A stretch of 64,000 bases of DNA from Octopus sinensis (GCF_006345805.1 NC_042997.1:2232001-2296000); one strand, 5' to 3'. Positions 28,488-44,047 are shown, counted from the first letter of the stretch. Numbers and translations: made by a program. The notes: a model not told the origin generated them from the sequence alone.

Positions 28488-30399
28488 TTTAAGAACAGGT
28501 TATAAGATAAAACCTCTCTAAATTTTAGCTTTTCAAATACATAGTATGTATTTCCTGCATAGTTAATATGGATTTCAAGTTGTTGGCACAAGTCCAGCGC
28601 TTTCGAGAGAGGATTTCAGTTGATTACGTCGACCCAATTGTTCAACTCTTACTTATGTTATCGAACGTGAAAGGATGAAATGCAAATTCGACCTCTACGA
28701 AAATTACCTCAGAATGTGAGGACGGACGAAATCCTGTTAAGCATTTTTTGCGTCATGATAACGATTCTCTCAGTTCGGCGCTTTGAATGCTTGTTAGTAA
28801 TGTGAAATCGGATTCTTACTGAATTTGAAGGATCTAAATGAAATGTTTAAATCAGATACATCGGTTGCATATATTTCGCAAAGAATTGCCATATACAGTT
28901 CAAAAAAGCAGAACAAAGAGATTGTTGATAAAAATGTACTTACTATAACAGAGTTTCATGACCTCGTGCTCATTTAGACATATTGAAAAACACGACTGAG
29001 TTTGTTTTTAAAATAATCAATAATTTACGAAAACCTTTCTAATTTTTATTGTGATGAATAAATTTTCAGATGTTAAAAACATAACTTAATTATATTTTCT
29101 ATTTTGTTCATCAGTTGAAGCCTAACTTGCGTACAAGAGAATATTGTAACTGATGTTTAAAACACCTAATAAAAGTCCTAGTTAAACTGAATCTTGGTGA
29201 ACTATATTGTCAATATTTTCTTCTTCCGTAGCATACAGGTCAGCACATACAAAAAAAAAACACGCACGTCCACCACACTTATATTAATTCCATTCTAGCA
29301 GCAAACGTTTCATGCGACAATAAACTTCATGGGACTCTTTTCTATTATGCCCTTCTGTATCTAATTATTAGGAGTTATATCTTCCTTTATTTGGTTTAGG
29401 TGTACTTTTTTGACGCATTTAGTATTAGAATATCCATACTAGACATCCAGTTTTCAAGGATGATGTTCCTGATGATTTAAAAGTTTTGTATCCCATCTGG
29501 CATTGGCCTTAGACGCTTTTTATATTGCTTGTGTATATCACTGCGTTAAATAAAACCAAAGCACGTAGCATTATTATTAAACTGCTATACAAATTATAAA
29601 CACACAGAAAGCCATGATAAAATCCACGTAGCAAATTCACCAGAGACAATTATATACAAAAATCATTATGAATAAATTAAGACGCCCACAACAAGCGAAC
29701 GAGAGAAATTACGAATAATAGAATTGTTTGGCGCATTATTACCGTATCGGGAAACGAGAATAGTGAATAAGGTATTTTCTTAAAGGAAATCTTAAAACCT
29801 ACGCCATATATTATGTACTAACCTTCACACACTTTGAAAAAGTAATTTTAACGAATATACAGGGATGTAGTATTATATACATACTTACAGGCAAATGGAT
29901 ATATACATACATTCATATATGCAGAAAAGACATATACATATTTATGTACACATCTGAGTTTTAGATTGATCTTGGATAACTAAAAAATATCTACATCAAT
30001 GTGGATTGTTAAGGAATAATCACTAAATATTAAAAACACAAACACACACAAATACGCTGAATATACGCATGATGATTGGTCCTGTGAAACACGAATTTCA
30101 TCATTACTATTCACGTTTAATAGCGACATTTTAGTAAACAAAATCGTGAAACTACTAAACGCATTGTGTATATTATATATTTATCTATAATTATCAGAGT
30201 AAATAAAGTTTCTTTTTTTTGACAAACAGAGTATATACTCCTCTTTAGGTGTGCGTATGTGTGTACGCTTGCACATAGAGTTAGTGCATACATTTGTATC
30301 TGCGGGTATGTGTGTCTGAGTATGTATGCTGGTGTCTGTATTTGTCTGTGTAAACACGAATGCAATTTTATATGTATATATATATAACTTAGATAAAAT

Positions 30400-30760
30400 T
30401 TAGATATGTTTTGACCAAAGATTGGTCCAGGTCATGTCTAACTTAATAGCACCACCTGATAGGATTATCTGAATCCTGTTTAATTCAAGTTTTGTTTATG
30501 TTTATAGTGAGTTGTTGTTGGGTGAGCTGTATCCAATTATGGGTGGCTTATCTGGTATTCCTTGAAGGAATCTATCCAGGCTCAGTTTAAAATTGATGGA
30601 ATCCTTTTCCTCTTTGATCTCTTTCGGGACAATGTTAAATAGGGCAGGGCCTGTTGAGGAAAAGAAATTATGTTGCAGTGTACATGTATGCTGTTATCTT
30701 GAATTGGGCAGGGGACGTATGGCCCGTGGACCCAGTATTGGATGAACCTTGAAGCTATAT
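30400..30760 (-). mobile_element. CR1-group LINE 3' end
   Basis: Minus strand FFSSTGPALFNIVPKEIKEEKDSINFKLSLDRFLQGIPDKPPIIGYSSPNNNSL. Confidence 0.75.
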
Positions 30761-31232
30761 GATTTTGATTTTTCCAGTTTCAGCTAATGAGCTGTGGCCA
30801 TGCTGGGGCACCGCCATTCAGTATATATATTTATATATGTAAACCTTCAATACAAATATGAACTATACCATGTTCTGTGATAATTACAATAACATTTCTT
30901 AATAGCTACATTTCGGTATTTGTATCTCCATTAAATGTTACACATTTCAAAGAGATATAAATGCAGCATGCATGTTTATACGAAAGTTACGCACTATTTT
31001 ATTATGATTATTTTTGAGAAAGTAAATATTTCATAAAAATATATGAATTTAATGTAAATTTCTGAATTTCGAGTTTTCAATATGATTCTATTAATTATAC
31101 TAATACATTTGTATATTTATTTGGAATACATTAATTATATATGCATTCATATATTTCTCCGTACTTATCCTATATTCTTACTGTTATCTAATTTATTGCG
31201 AAGTAGTATTCTAGTTATTAATAAACATAAAT

Positions 31233-32040
31233 CCGAGGTCTGACTATTAAGTATCTGGACTGTGGCCATAGTAACAATGCGAAAGCATAGAAAGTAAAGA
31301 CGCTTGGCAAATATTTACTTTAAAATCGGATGTGCATGCGCAATAAGTTTTAACTTTCTAGCTCACTTCCGCTGTGCTTGGAAAGAGGGTGTCTAGCAGG
31401 CGATCGTCGCATTGACCATGAAAGTGAAAGCTATCATGGCGATACCTGCTTAGACGCCAACGCAAAGTCGCAGAAAGTGTATGGAGAGGAGTGTATGAGA
31501 CGCACATATGTGTAAATGTGTTTTAAACGTTTCTAAGATGGCTGACATAATGTCGATATTGACGAACGTTCTGGGAGACCCGCAACCAGCCCAACTGGGG
31601 AAAACATCGCACATGCGCGTACAGCTCTGAGGGGAAATCATCGAATCACTATATGTGTGTTATTAGAGGATGTGCAGATTAGTTACGATTCAGTTCAGTA
31701 CATTATCACTAAAGATTTGTGTATGAGACGCAAGTTTGCCAAGCTTGTGCCAAAACTGCTTTCAGCCGACCAAGAAGACATTCGGGTTTCATTTGCAGAA
31801 GTTCTCCTTGATTTTCTCGAGAACGATGAAAACATTTTGAAAATTTGCGTAGGTCTCTGTGAAGGTACACACCTTCTTCCCAGTACTGCTGTAGACAGTG
31901 GAAGGGAGTTAGAACGTTAAAACTTAGTGGGAATATACAGCATTGTGTTCAAGGTCAATCATAGCCAAGCGGTTTTATTTTGCGTGCTTTAACTTCGTTA
32001 CTATAATAACAGACCTGATACTTATCGATCAGACCACATA
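31233..32040 (+). mobile_element. Mariner deletion derivative with TIRs
   Basis: Left end gaggtctgactattaagtatctggactg matches right-end reverse complement gtggtctgatcgataagtatcaggtctg. Peptide IITKDLCMRRKFAKLVPKLLS (WVPxxL-like). Confidence 0.75.
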
Positions 32041-35019
32041 CATATATGTGGAATAAGCAAGATAGATGTATGTAAAATGTAAAGACTACGGTCATTGATG
32101 ATATTTAGCACTCAATTGTAACTAAAACTGATACCTTATAAATCATTTTTAAGAATTAAAATTCCTATAAAATGGTCTTCAACTGTTGACTATGTTTTAT
32201 TTCCTCTATTCGGTCATGGTTTGAGACAAATTTTTAAACCTTCTGCAGAAATGATAACCAACATAGCCCTATGGAAAAATAGGGATTGTTTCTCTTTATA
32301 GGTTTTATTTCACATACAGCTGAAAATTATTTAGTGGCATAATACATGTCTCAAAAACATATGTTTGAAATGAGAGAAAATAATACTGGCACAAGGCTAG
32401 TAACTTCAAACGGAACGGCATTTAGTCGATTACATCGACACCATTTCTTCACTAAAGAGATTGCAAAGTGCCACTTGAATGACTGAATTCTTAACAACAA
32501 CAAAAGTGAAAATTTTCTTAGCAACAATCATCCTTGATTCCATACATCTATGTTGCTGATACCTACAGTAAAAATATCATTCAGCAGAACTCAACCCAGA
32601 TAAATTAACCTTATCAGAGATGAGCTAAGATGAACTTTGATATAACACAGTGTGATGAAGGCTAAGCAGGGCGAAACTTCGAAGTCTCTGCCAATGCTGT
32701 TCTTGCTAAAGTATACTATCTGTCACATTATTTTTCCTCTTTAGTATGCTTGATGCTTTCCATGAGTATACAAGTGATGAAATTGCAAAATTGACAGCAA
32801 ATTGTGCATACTGATGCAGAAAGTCAATTAATATTATAGGTATTCAATGAAACATTCAACACACACACACACACACACCAGTAATTAGCTTACGGAACAT
32901 AAGCAAATGCACAACTTATCACTCTGTTTATTACCGTATTTTACCTATGCAAATATAGCTAATCAATTCGTTTTCCAAATTTGGCCCCTAAATTCAACTG
33001 GAACTTACAGTTTAGGTTCAAATATGGATATAGTTGTTATTTCGTGTATCCCATGCATTATTAATCTCTCTACAATATATTACTTATTATAAATTCCTTT
33101 CTTTTTGTTTTCAATTTTAAATGTTTTGGAACTATATTAAAATTTGATTTGCTTCTGTACTAACTCATACCAAATTTTTCAACCAAGCACAATGAATTTC
33201 CCTTTCTCTCACATACATGCTATTTATTGAAATTTAAATGTTCATATTCTAATAAGGAACTTATTTCTCTAACTCTTTCAATAATTGTCGAGAAACAATT
33301 TTTGAAAGCGATATTCTGACACAAATATTGTTGATATCTTTCATGATTATTTTTTACTGCCACTTGTCATTTTAACATGACCCTTACCGCTTGTCCGTAT
33401 AGACACGTGCATGTATGGTCGAATAATGTTTCAGTAGATGCTTTAAAAATATATACTGTGGTTAGAGTAAATAAATATATTATTAGATAATAGAAATTGA
33501 TGTACCGTTTGAGGTATTTAATAGAGCAAATAAAGAGACTTCTCGAGTTGAGATGAAATATATATATATAGTCATAAAACAAATGGTGCTTTTGTTATTA
33601 GGAATAAGAGCTTCGAAATCGGTTTATCACAAATGAAGCTTTTATGTTCCTTGATTTCAGCAGCTGAGAAGAGAAAGAACAGAAGGAAACTGAGCACACG
33701 AAACCTGTATAATATGCAAGGAAATTTAGCTTCGATACTGAGATAATGGTTTATATCTAACCTAAAGAGGAAGAATAACATTGAAAATGATACATTGATA
33801 TCACAATCGATAATATATTTCTTGCTGTGGATAAAATGCACCAAATTTGATATGATCGCCAAAGTTAAGGAACTATAACTGTTCAGATAACGTTGGAGTT
33901 GATTAGAATTATGTCTACGAGGTTATGATATTAGTCAATATTCTATAGAAACTGAATGTGGCCATACTTGTATGTTCCTACAATATCACTCAATACTATA
34001 ATAGAACAAAAGACCAGCAACAATTTGCTAAGTCATAAAAAAGCAATCAAATAACCAGTCAGCCAGATCTGAATAACACGTTGAATCATATTAATGCTTC
34101 AATATTACATTACCTATGGGACATCTTCCATAGGCAAATTTGTAAATATATTGCCAGTGCGAAGGTAATTTACTACAAACGGAACGAGGGCATATTATAT
34201 GCTATATACAATGGAGTAAAACTTTAATGGTTATAGATATTTCTCAAACTGGAAAACATTCCTATGAGATTTGAAACAAATTTTAATGGTAAAACAAATC
34301 TTTAAAATACTCAGATAAGAGCTGTAAATGTGTTTGAATTTCATCCGTAATATCATTTAGTTTGCAATAGACATGCATATAAAATATCACAATTCCTTTG
34401 AACTCCAGATCAATTCACATTATGAGTGAATAAATAATTTATTTAAACTATTTAAGAAATGGAAATAAAGATAAATTTATCAAACCAACAAAATAAACAA
34501 AATGATATTCACATTAAGAAACATATTCATGCTAAAGAATTACATGTACATATCCACAAATATAAACGTATAATACGTTAATGAATAATAACAACACGAT
34601 CAACCTTACATGGATATTTGACACTAGAAAAGAAAATAATAAAGAAACAATAGAAGTAAAATATCATTCAAATTTAAAGTATGAAATACCCAAATGCTAC
34701 AACAAAATGCTGACAAGTTCATAATCCTGTCAATTCCTAGTGAAACCTTCGGAATTGTCAGGAAAATTTTAAGTGCAGATATTGGAATATTAAACTTGCT
34801 ATAAGTGTGGATGTGGTGCATAGGTTGCGTTTCCCTGTCTCGGCGAGAATTACCCGGAAATTACTCGTCATGACGAACAAGTAGAAAGAACTCAATAAAA
34901 GAAAGAATTAGAATGTACAAAGCAACACGTCCTCAAACTAGATCACCTGTTTAGGAAGCATAATCAAACATTTTACCTAAAGAACGCAACAACAACAATA
35001 ACAACATGATGATGATGAC

Positions 35020-35084
<65 letters not shown>

Positions 35085-35085
35085 C

Positions 35086-35116
<31 letters not shown>

Positions 35117-35659
35117 GCAATAATAATAATAATAGTAATAATAATAATAATATGATAATTGACATAACAGAAAGAACATGTATGATAATCGACATAGCAA
35201 GAAAGAGCATGTGTGATAAGATAATCGACATAGCATGTTCCGGTGACAACAGCATCAATGTGAAAGAAGAAAAAAATGAACAACTATGACGATCTGAAGT
35301 GGAAAATATGAAGTTTGTGGACAATGAAGAGAGTAGACGTGATGCCTTTAGCAATAGGTGCACTTGGAAGTATCAGCACTCAACTACCAACATCCTCGAA
35401 ATGATGAAAGGTAAAGTCGACTTCGGCAGGAATTTGAACTCAGAACGTAGCGATGAAACAATAAAAAAAATAATAATTTTGTTTCGAGGAAGGGATATGA
35501 GACATGATCGGTCGAAAACGTAAAGAACATTGATATAAAAAAAAACCCTCCTACGTGTGTTTTAGTATTTTTGATCTTTTTATTTCAAATGAAAACTCGG
35601 AAATTATAACTGCACAGAAAAAACGAATACAAATAATGCTAGATACCATCTAGACTGGC

Positions 35660-36030
35660 CAAGATACCCTCATGTTATGTGACCAAATGTGTTTTATTTT
35701 TTAACTTAATCACCCTTTTGCTCCACAAAATCTTTCCATTAATGTTTTCGTGCTTGGATTCCATTGATGAAGATGCGTTCATTCTGTTGGTCAACACAGT
35801 TATAAGATACCACATCGTTTACATTGCGATACTGATATCCAAGTCGACTGTCTTTTTATGTTCAGGTACATAATAGACATAACCAAATCAGTACAATAGG
35901 GTGATAAACAAGTTGAAAGCGATAGTCACGCGCAGTGGCCTTTGAAATCCGAGACTTATGTGCAGGACATTGTTCTGATGAAAAAACACGTCTTCGACTA
36001 AAATGTTTGCAGTGTGTACCGCAGCAGGGT
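35660..36030 (-). mobile_element. Possible mariner 3' remnant
   Basis: The minus strand resembles F.NGI..L..RWK.CV...GD.V.K, a mariner-like C-terminus, but is heavily decayed. Confidence 0.35.
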
Positions 36031-36152
36031 TGATGTCTTAAGAACTGAAACAAGTAGTATATACATACATACATACATACATACATACATACATACATGC
36101 ATACATACATACATACATACATACATACACACACACATACATATATACATAA

Positions 36153-36258
<106 letters not shown>

Positions 36259-36371
36259 GAGCGTAGGCTCGAAACATAAAATACTTTTTTCTATTCCTGA
36301 GAGTTATACTAATACATCTGTTTGTTTTGTACACCACCTGTCTTCATCTTTTGTTTTTTTCGTATTCTCTC

Positions 36372-36452
<81 letters not shown>

Positions 36453-36523
36453 TATATATATTATATATATATATATATATATGTTTGTATGTGTGTGTAT
36501 ATGTATATATGTAAATGTGTGCT

Positions 36524-36587
<64 letters not shown>

Positions 36588-36764
36588 TATATACATTTTA
36601 TTCCTTACAATTTTTTTCTTGTGAAATTATGTTCTGTCATTTACGCTTTATGCCAAATATTGCATATATTAATAATAATTAAGTGTCCGTTAAATTAACT
36701 TGAATGATTAATTATGTTTTAATATATCGATTTGCTATAAATATGATACTACCAAACCTCCACG

Positions 36765-37385
36765 TTGTGATAAACAATGTCAGTTCTGATATTCCAGCGT
36801 GGATGATATTACCCACATAATCAGCAGCTAACCCCAGAAAGTCTACGATATACTACCTGCCCATGAGGCGTGATATAGTTGCAAAAACTATTTACAACAC
36901 TATCTGCGGGAAGCATGCATCGCAATCATGTCAGAACCAGCAGTAATCACTCCTTTATAAACAAGAAATAATGGTTGAAGGCTTCTTTATACCATGAATT
37001 CAGGGCAAAAACAACAGCCATGATATTTTTGTGTGGCACAGGTAAAACATAACGCATTCTAGTAGTGAGGATGGACAGGTCAACTGGCCAGATGATGTGA
37101 ATGTACAATCAAAAGTCCAGGAAAAAGAGAACATTTATGGTGAATTAACATGAAATTTTTACTCTGATTTTCTTTTCTTATGAATTTTCATTTGTACCTA
37201 TCATCAAATGTGCTTTAGGTTATGTACCAACAAATTTTCACAAAAAATAAACTTAGAAATACTCGGTTTCACGGAGAAAGAGCAAAAAAAAAAAACGGAC
37301 TCGGATTCTCCAAATCCAATCTATTAGTGGCACATGAAGATTTGGAAGACATTCCAAAAATTTTCCATTTGAGACTCTTACGTGA
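36765..37385 (+). mobile_element. Older RLE-type LINE 3' remnant
   Basis: Frameshifted CDKQCQF..SVDDITHIISS knuckle, a YYLPMR-D-VAKTIYN (RHD-like) segment, a DIFVW RLE remnant and IIKCALGYVP. Confidence 0.6.
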
Positions 37386-38181
37386 AGAGATGCACACAAT
37401 TAGGTACATACATCGACAGTGCAGCCACCACAAAGACTCAGCCACATAATTGTGAACACCAGGAAATCTCTTAACTCAAAAAGCCACGTCACTTAGTTAG
37501 ACAGTGGCTTAAACTCGCTCAGGAATTCCTTCAAACAACAACAAAGACTAAATGAAGAAAGACAATTTATCAACAACTATAAACCACAATGAAATATAGA
37601 CACAACTACAACCAATTAATAAGAACAGGCAATTGAAAACAATTTTATACATACTATTATCATTTTGAAAAATACTCCCCATCGTTTCCAAAATTTTTTT
37701 TCCAATATTCATATATGCCAGCAAGCACACACACAAACCTACAGACACAGACACACGCAAAGACACAGACACACAAACATACACACATACACAAAAAGGC
37801 AACATCGCGAAAACACACACACATACAACAAAACATCACAAAGCACACATACAATTCACTTTCTCTCTCTCTAAACACACAAACAATCACACACATACAC
37901 ACACATACACACAAGTGATAACCCTACATAGAAGGTAGATACACAGACAAAGATGTGGATTTAAATTTTAAGAACGTTTATCATAATTCGCAATAAATTC
38001 ACTCACACACGCACAAAAATTACCAACACATACACTCACCCACACATACAAACAGCTGGAGACCGCACACACACTCAGGTGAAGACACTCAAAAGTATAC
38101 ATATATATACACACACATATATATATATATATATATACATATATGTCTATATACATGTATGCATGTCTATATATATATATA

Positions 38182-38244
<63 letters not shown>

Positions 38245-40408
38245 TTCCAGCCACTACTTTTTCTGATTGTTCTACAAAAATTATCATTACCCCCAAATGT
38301 ACCAATACAAGGTAAAACTGCAACTTTATTCTGTTTTCTTTTCAATTTGTAGTTTACTTTGTTCCTTCTCGGAATCGAGTGCTTTCCATTCACACAATAC
38401 ACATTTTTTTAGAAAAGACATAAAAAAATCTGAAAATCGGCTATAATGATAAACTTTTCCTCTTTAATTGCTATGAAGGTATGATGGTATCGCGAAGCAA
38501 ATTGGAGGAAAATGTTATAGAGGTTTAAAATCGAAACAAAAAAGTGCGTATTTATACGCACTTTTTTGTTTCGAGACACATATTTCCTACGTTTAGCGGA
38601 GCAGTGTCAACTTCAAGGTTGATCCCTGTGAAATTTATAATGTAGCCTTCTGTGAAATGACCTCTTTGTTCTGGGTTTCTGAATAAACAGAAAAATAAAC
38701 ATGTATCATCTTACTGCTTCTTTTGTCTCTTCATTGATTATATGTTTTTTATTATATTTTTATAACTTGTAATATTAATACATATGTCTGCATACGTTTA
38801 CTTTATGCGTATTTCAGTATTATGATTACCTGTCATGTATTTCTGTACATCATTAATATAAAAGTGCATGTGTGTGTGTGTGTGAAAATGTGACGTCTGT
38901 CTCAAAAACTACAAAGTTAAGTAGCATTTTCCTGCTTTGATTTGTAAACTAGAATAAGAAAAAAACTGGCCAACAAAGAACTTGTCTCCAGAAAAAAGAA
39001 TACCTGTATCTTATATATTTTTGCATGCCGAATTCAATACTGTCAACATTCCCCTTCACAATGACAAGAAATTTTACAAACCTCGGAAACAACTTTTGCT
39101 ATATATGAAATCCATGTACAATATTGGCGAAAAATATCTATAATAAAATTCTAATTCATAAATACAATTTTTTTTTATTAATACAAAGCGCGCGGGTGAA
39201 GTAAATCTCGTGGTGTGAAGAATCAACACGGAATACGGGTGGAACACAATAAATTGTGCGGTTGGTATGGTAACAAGCTATGAATGCCTCGCTATCTGTT
39301 AATTGGTTAAAATTATACAAATTTCCCAAATTTAATTCCAAATAAAATTAGATTTTTTTAACTTACGAGATAAAGTAATTGGTTGAAAGTAATCAAAATT
39401 CAGAGTTGCATCGATACACCAAAATTGAAAGCAATCTGTGTAAAATTTGAGGTGGCATATTTTGCGAATGAAAAATACTAGCTACCCTTCTCGTATTGTT
39501 CTAGATTTATATATAGCTTATCATTGAAGCTGCAAAAAACATCACAAACATATCTCAGGAAATTCTACATAGAATTTAACGTTCCTATCCGTGTGGTAGT
39601 TGGGATTAAGAACGGGACAAGAATTAAGGTTATATTTATAAATATATTCTACAATTTACATTGACAGATATATATTTGAATTTGGTTTCATTTCATTGGT
39701 CGTTTCAACTAACTTTTTTTGAGAAAGGAAGATCAAAAATTAAAAGGTTAAAATATCATATTGCGTTAAATCGAAGAAAACCGTAAATAAAAATAAATTT
39801 TAGGTTAGGAGGAAAATCATACATGCCCAGACTAACTTAATCAATGTTAAACTTAGTTTAATTAATATAAATGTGAGTCTGTTTATAATATGATATCAAT
39901 TACAGAAGGAATCTAAAATCATAAAAATATATAGACACACGTTATTCACATACAAACGCATGCATGTATCCCTTTATAGATGCGCACGCTAACAATATAT
40001 ACATACATATGTACCTGAACATGTACAAAAGCTGACACATAAATATCTACAAACATACACAGGCAAATAATAATATGAATATATTTACCAATGTATAGTT
40101 CAATATCTACACGTATACATATACACAATACGTCCCCGTGCCTATGTGCTAATATGTTTCCAATATGCACAACTTTGCTGTTGCAAGTTAGGTAAAGAGG
40201 AAACGAAAAGAGAAGAAATGAATCAGAATAAATAGTGTTGGTGTTGCGAAAAGAAAAGAGAAAGAGAAACGTTTGAAATTAGCCTTCCTAATAATAACTA
40301 GTACGGAGGAATAGAAGAAAAGATAAGAGACAGCAAAGCCCTTATGTATGTATAGCCAACCCGTATACGCACAGATATAAATAGGCGTACATATACATAC
40401 CCACATAA

Positions 40409-40479
<71 letters not shown>

Positions 40480-40504
40480 TATATATATATGTATATATAT
40501 ATGA

Positions 40505-40868
40505 ATTAATAATAAAATATTAGGGAATAAATCCAAACTTACAGGGAAAAATCAGATTTAGGATTGAATCCAATTTTATAGTAAAATATTATATTATATA
40601 AAAATTAGAGATAAAACCACTATTAGGCAAATCAAACAATGAAAAACTTAAGCCAGTACATAAAATTAATTAATTTATATTATTTTAAATATATATCAAA
40701 ATTATTAAAAGTTTAATAAAAGATAATGAGTAAAACACGTTATCTTTTATTAAAATTTTAATACTTTTGATATATATTTAAAATAATATAAATTAATTAA
40801 TTTTATGTATTGGCTCAAGTTTTTCATTGTTTGATTTGCCTAATAGTGGTTTTATCTCTAATTTAATA
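40505..40868. repeat. Fold-back repeat family copy 1, in (TA)n
   Basis: A unique ~95-bp leader, then arms ~40602-40727 and ~40740-40864. Confidence 0.88.
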
Positions 40869-40919
40869 TAATATATATATATATATATATATACATTGTT
40901 GCACACATTGTACACGAAC

Positions 40920-40969
<50 letters not shown>

Positions 40970-41399
40970 TCATACATAAATACTTACATACATAATACAT
41001 ATATACACGTACTTATATATTCAAAACTGCGTATCTGGTGTATTGCATATTAATATAAGAAATACAAATGGAATTAAAGTAAATAACAACAGAAAATTGT
41101 TGAAAGAAGGGACAAAATCAGATGTGCAGATTAAATGAAGCCAATTATCAAATTATATTAAATTGCTAAAAATGTTATTTTGTGCAATATAAATTTGACC
41201 GTGGCGAAATTTAAACCAGAAACTTAGTAACTGGCGAAATATCACTAAGCATTTTATCCAACTCGCTAAAGTTCTTGCCAGCGTCGTCGTCTTATTAGCA
41301 ATGATAATAATAATGACAAGTAAATGCAATGAAAATAAAATAGTTATATAGTAATGATAAAAATAATAAAAACTAACAATAAGAATTAAAACAATTATA

Positions 41400-43300
41400 C
41401 TAACAAATCCATTCGTATTCTCGATATCTTTAAGGAACTTTCCGAGGCTTTTGTATGTCTTGCAATGCTTATGAGTCTTCGATTTGAACCTTAGCTGTAC
41501 ATACTATTCCTTTCTCTAGACAATTTCCATGTAACGAACAGCAAAGTTGGAATTGAAATTACAATTCTTCTGATTATTGCCGGCACAGTTGTTATTTCTA
41601 ACGGTTTTCGCATTGTGCAGGATAATTAAAGAGAAGCTCTTGCAATGAGAATAGCTGACCTTCCGCGATCTCCTATTAAAAATTCTATAAAATTTATTGT
41701 TTCCTTGAAAGTGCTCAAAAATTAGTTTTAATAAATCCCTACCTGTAGTGGTTTTATACGGCAATGTTAAATATCGGAGTAACTCACAAGACATTCTTAG
41801 ATGTAGTTCTACGTGTTCCATTTTGTGTTAATTATGCATTCCCTGTACTAGAACATCTCCGAGAACCCATTGTTTCTTAATACGTTATTATATGGTGCAG
41901 TATTTTGAAATAACTCTTCTTAAGATATGGATGATATGCGCCTTCCTGTAATAATAACTAGATTTATAAGTACTACGGGTGGATGGTTTGACTCTTTTCA
42001 AATATAATATAGCTTTTTATTAGGCTTACGGTTGGGTTTAAGTTTATTTAATTGCAAGTCTAAGTAATTATCTAAAAGATCTACATTATTTAAGTTAGTT
42101 TATATCATTATTCGTCAGCCCGTTCTTTGGAAGAAAGTAATGAGATTCTTCCTAAGTCTATCTAACTCATGGCCGTTTATATTACGGGTGACTATATGAC
42201 CGTCACCCTATATAATACTGCATCTACAAAAGAGAATTCCAAATACAGGTCGTGCAAAGTAGAAGCTTCTATCAGGTTATATAATTCCGCCCTGTCATAA
42301 TCCCCCAAATAAAGTATCCTCGCTCTTTCTAACCCTGGTGGATTCGTCGTCAAAGTGGAGGGATTTGCTTGCCTGCAGAATAATATCCGAACTGTCAATG
42401 GTGACGTATTGTTTGGCGAAGTCTATTGCTTTAAGAAATAAAGGCCTGAATTGTGACGGGTAAGAGTCGACAAAATCGAACTGCGTAAATATGCAGTTAA
42501 ATTTATAGTTAATTCCCTCGAACCAATCGATAACTGATTTACTATTTCCCCAAATCCGTAAATATAATTCCCTATTTAACTAAAATCGAATTTAAGATAA
42601 TTTTGCTAATAATACCTGTTTTAGTTGGGTTGATTAGTCTACATTTAGGGTTTCTACTAATGTTAGCCCTGTGGTCCTTAATGGTATCCTGTCACTATCT
42701 TAAAATTTGTAGGGATCCTTCTTGCTTCGATATTCACCTCTTAATATATTTTAGAGTTAGCTTTTCATTGGTATCTGTAATGCTATTAAAAAGAAGTCGC
42801 CCGTGAGGTTGTTTTTCATCTGCGTATAGGTTTTTGCTTTTTTATTTTATCGGAGTTTACGAAAATCTCATCCGAATTCTTTATATTTCTGATACGTTTA
42901 TTCATAGTTCTCTGAAGAGAATTGCTGATTTTGCGGAATTTTATCCTTCTAATAAGTTCGAAAAGGTCTCTCTCAAAAGCTTTAAATTCTAAAATAGGTG
43001 GTAGGTTCTTAAAAGGTTACCGTTATTCCATTGTTCTTTCATGTCAAAGAATTAAGATATCCATCTCATTCTTCGGATTACATCTTCCGCTTTCTCATGT
43101 AGCCTTTTGACATATTTCTTCTGCATCGAGAAAGGTATTTCTTATAGAAAAATCCCAACGGGTAGAGTTCCATTTTTTTCAGATGTTTCATCTTCTTACT
43201 TGTGGCGAGTCGCTCAAACTTTCTGGAAAACAAGCAGGGTACATCAGAGTCATATTATAAATGTGAAAAAAGGTGCGAAAAATAGTACTCGAATACAGGA
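41400..43300 (-). mobile_element. Decayed Penelope-like element, Naiad-like (RT + linker + start of GIY-YIG)
   Basis: Minus-strand peptide remnants TIKDH, KCRLINPTKT, WGNSKSVIDWF, FDFVDSYPS, GDYDRAEL..L..LYR, GRDLLKLIFEHF..NNKFYRIFNR..KVSYS and HGNCLEKGIV.TAKV. Many stops and frameshifts. Confidence 0.8.
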
Positions 43301-43356
43301 CATAGAGTAATATGCTATATTATTAAAGCTGAAAAACATCACAAACATAACACAAC

Positions 43357-43408
<52 letters not shown>

Positions 43409-43427
43409 TAATAATAATAATAATAAT

Positions 43428-43460
<33 letters not shown>

Positions 43461-43548
43461 ATTAATAATGATAATAATTATAATAATAATAATAATAATA
43501 ATAATATAATAATATAATAATATTAATAATAATAATATAATAATAATA

Positions 43549-43579
<31 letters not shown>

Positions 43580-43593
43580 AATAAATAATAATA

Positions 43594-43627
<34 letters not shown>

Positions 43628-43631
<4 letters not shown>

Positions 43632-43995
43632 TATCAATACAAACAGATCACAACGTGTCTCTAAAAGAAATGGAGAAACTTTCAAAATAGAAAGACCTGG
43701 AAATAGAGGTAACTCGAATGTGGAATCTAAAAACTGAAACAATCCCTATCTAATAGTAGGCGCATTAGGTATGATTAAAAAAATATTCAGACAAATACAT
43801 AACAAAAATACCAGGGCTTACAAACACATATAACATACAGAAAATTGCACTACTGGGCATGCACACATCCTAGGCAAAACACTTTCAATACAGTTACCAT
43901 CAGAGCACCACAACAAATCAGAACACATACCCAAGGCACACAGATCCGCGCTCGGTAGTGAAGTGAAAGCACGCTATAAAAATAAATTTAATGAA

Positions 43996-43997
<2 letters not shown>
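43628..43997 (+). mobile_element. 3' end fragment of the third Dong-like subfamily, directly upstream of the long copy
   Basis: Similar to 5860-6198 (KDLEIEVTRMWNLKTETIP, IQKIALLG, UTR gtagtgaagtgaaagcacg). (AAT)n on both sides. Confidence 0.87.

Positions 43998-44046
<49 letters not shown>

Positions 44047-44047
<1 letters not shown>

Noticed and set aside
43963-44046. N-terminus MKARYKNKF-polyN of the 777-aa ORF
   Set aside because: Chance read-through from a GTG in the upstream element's 3' UTR across the AAT tract. It is not the native start.
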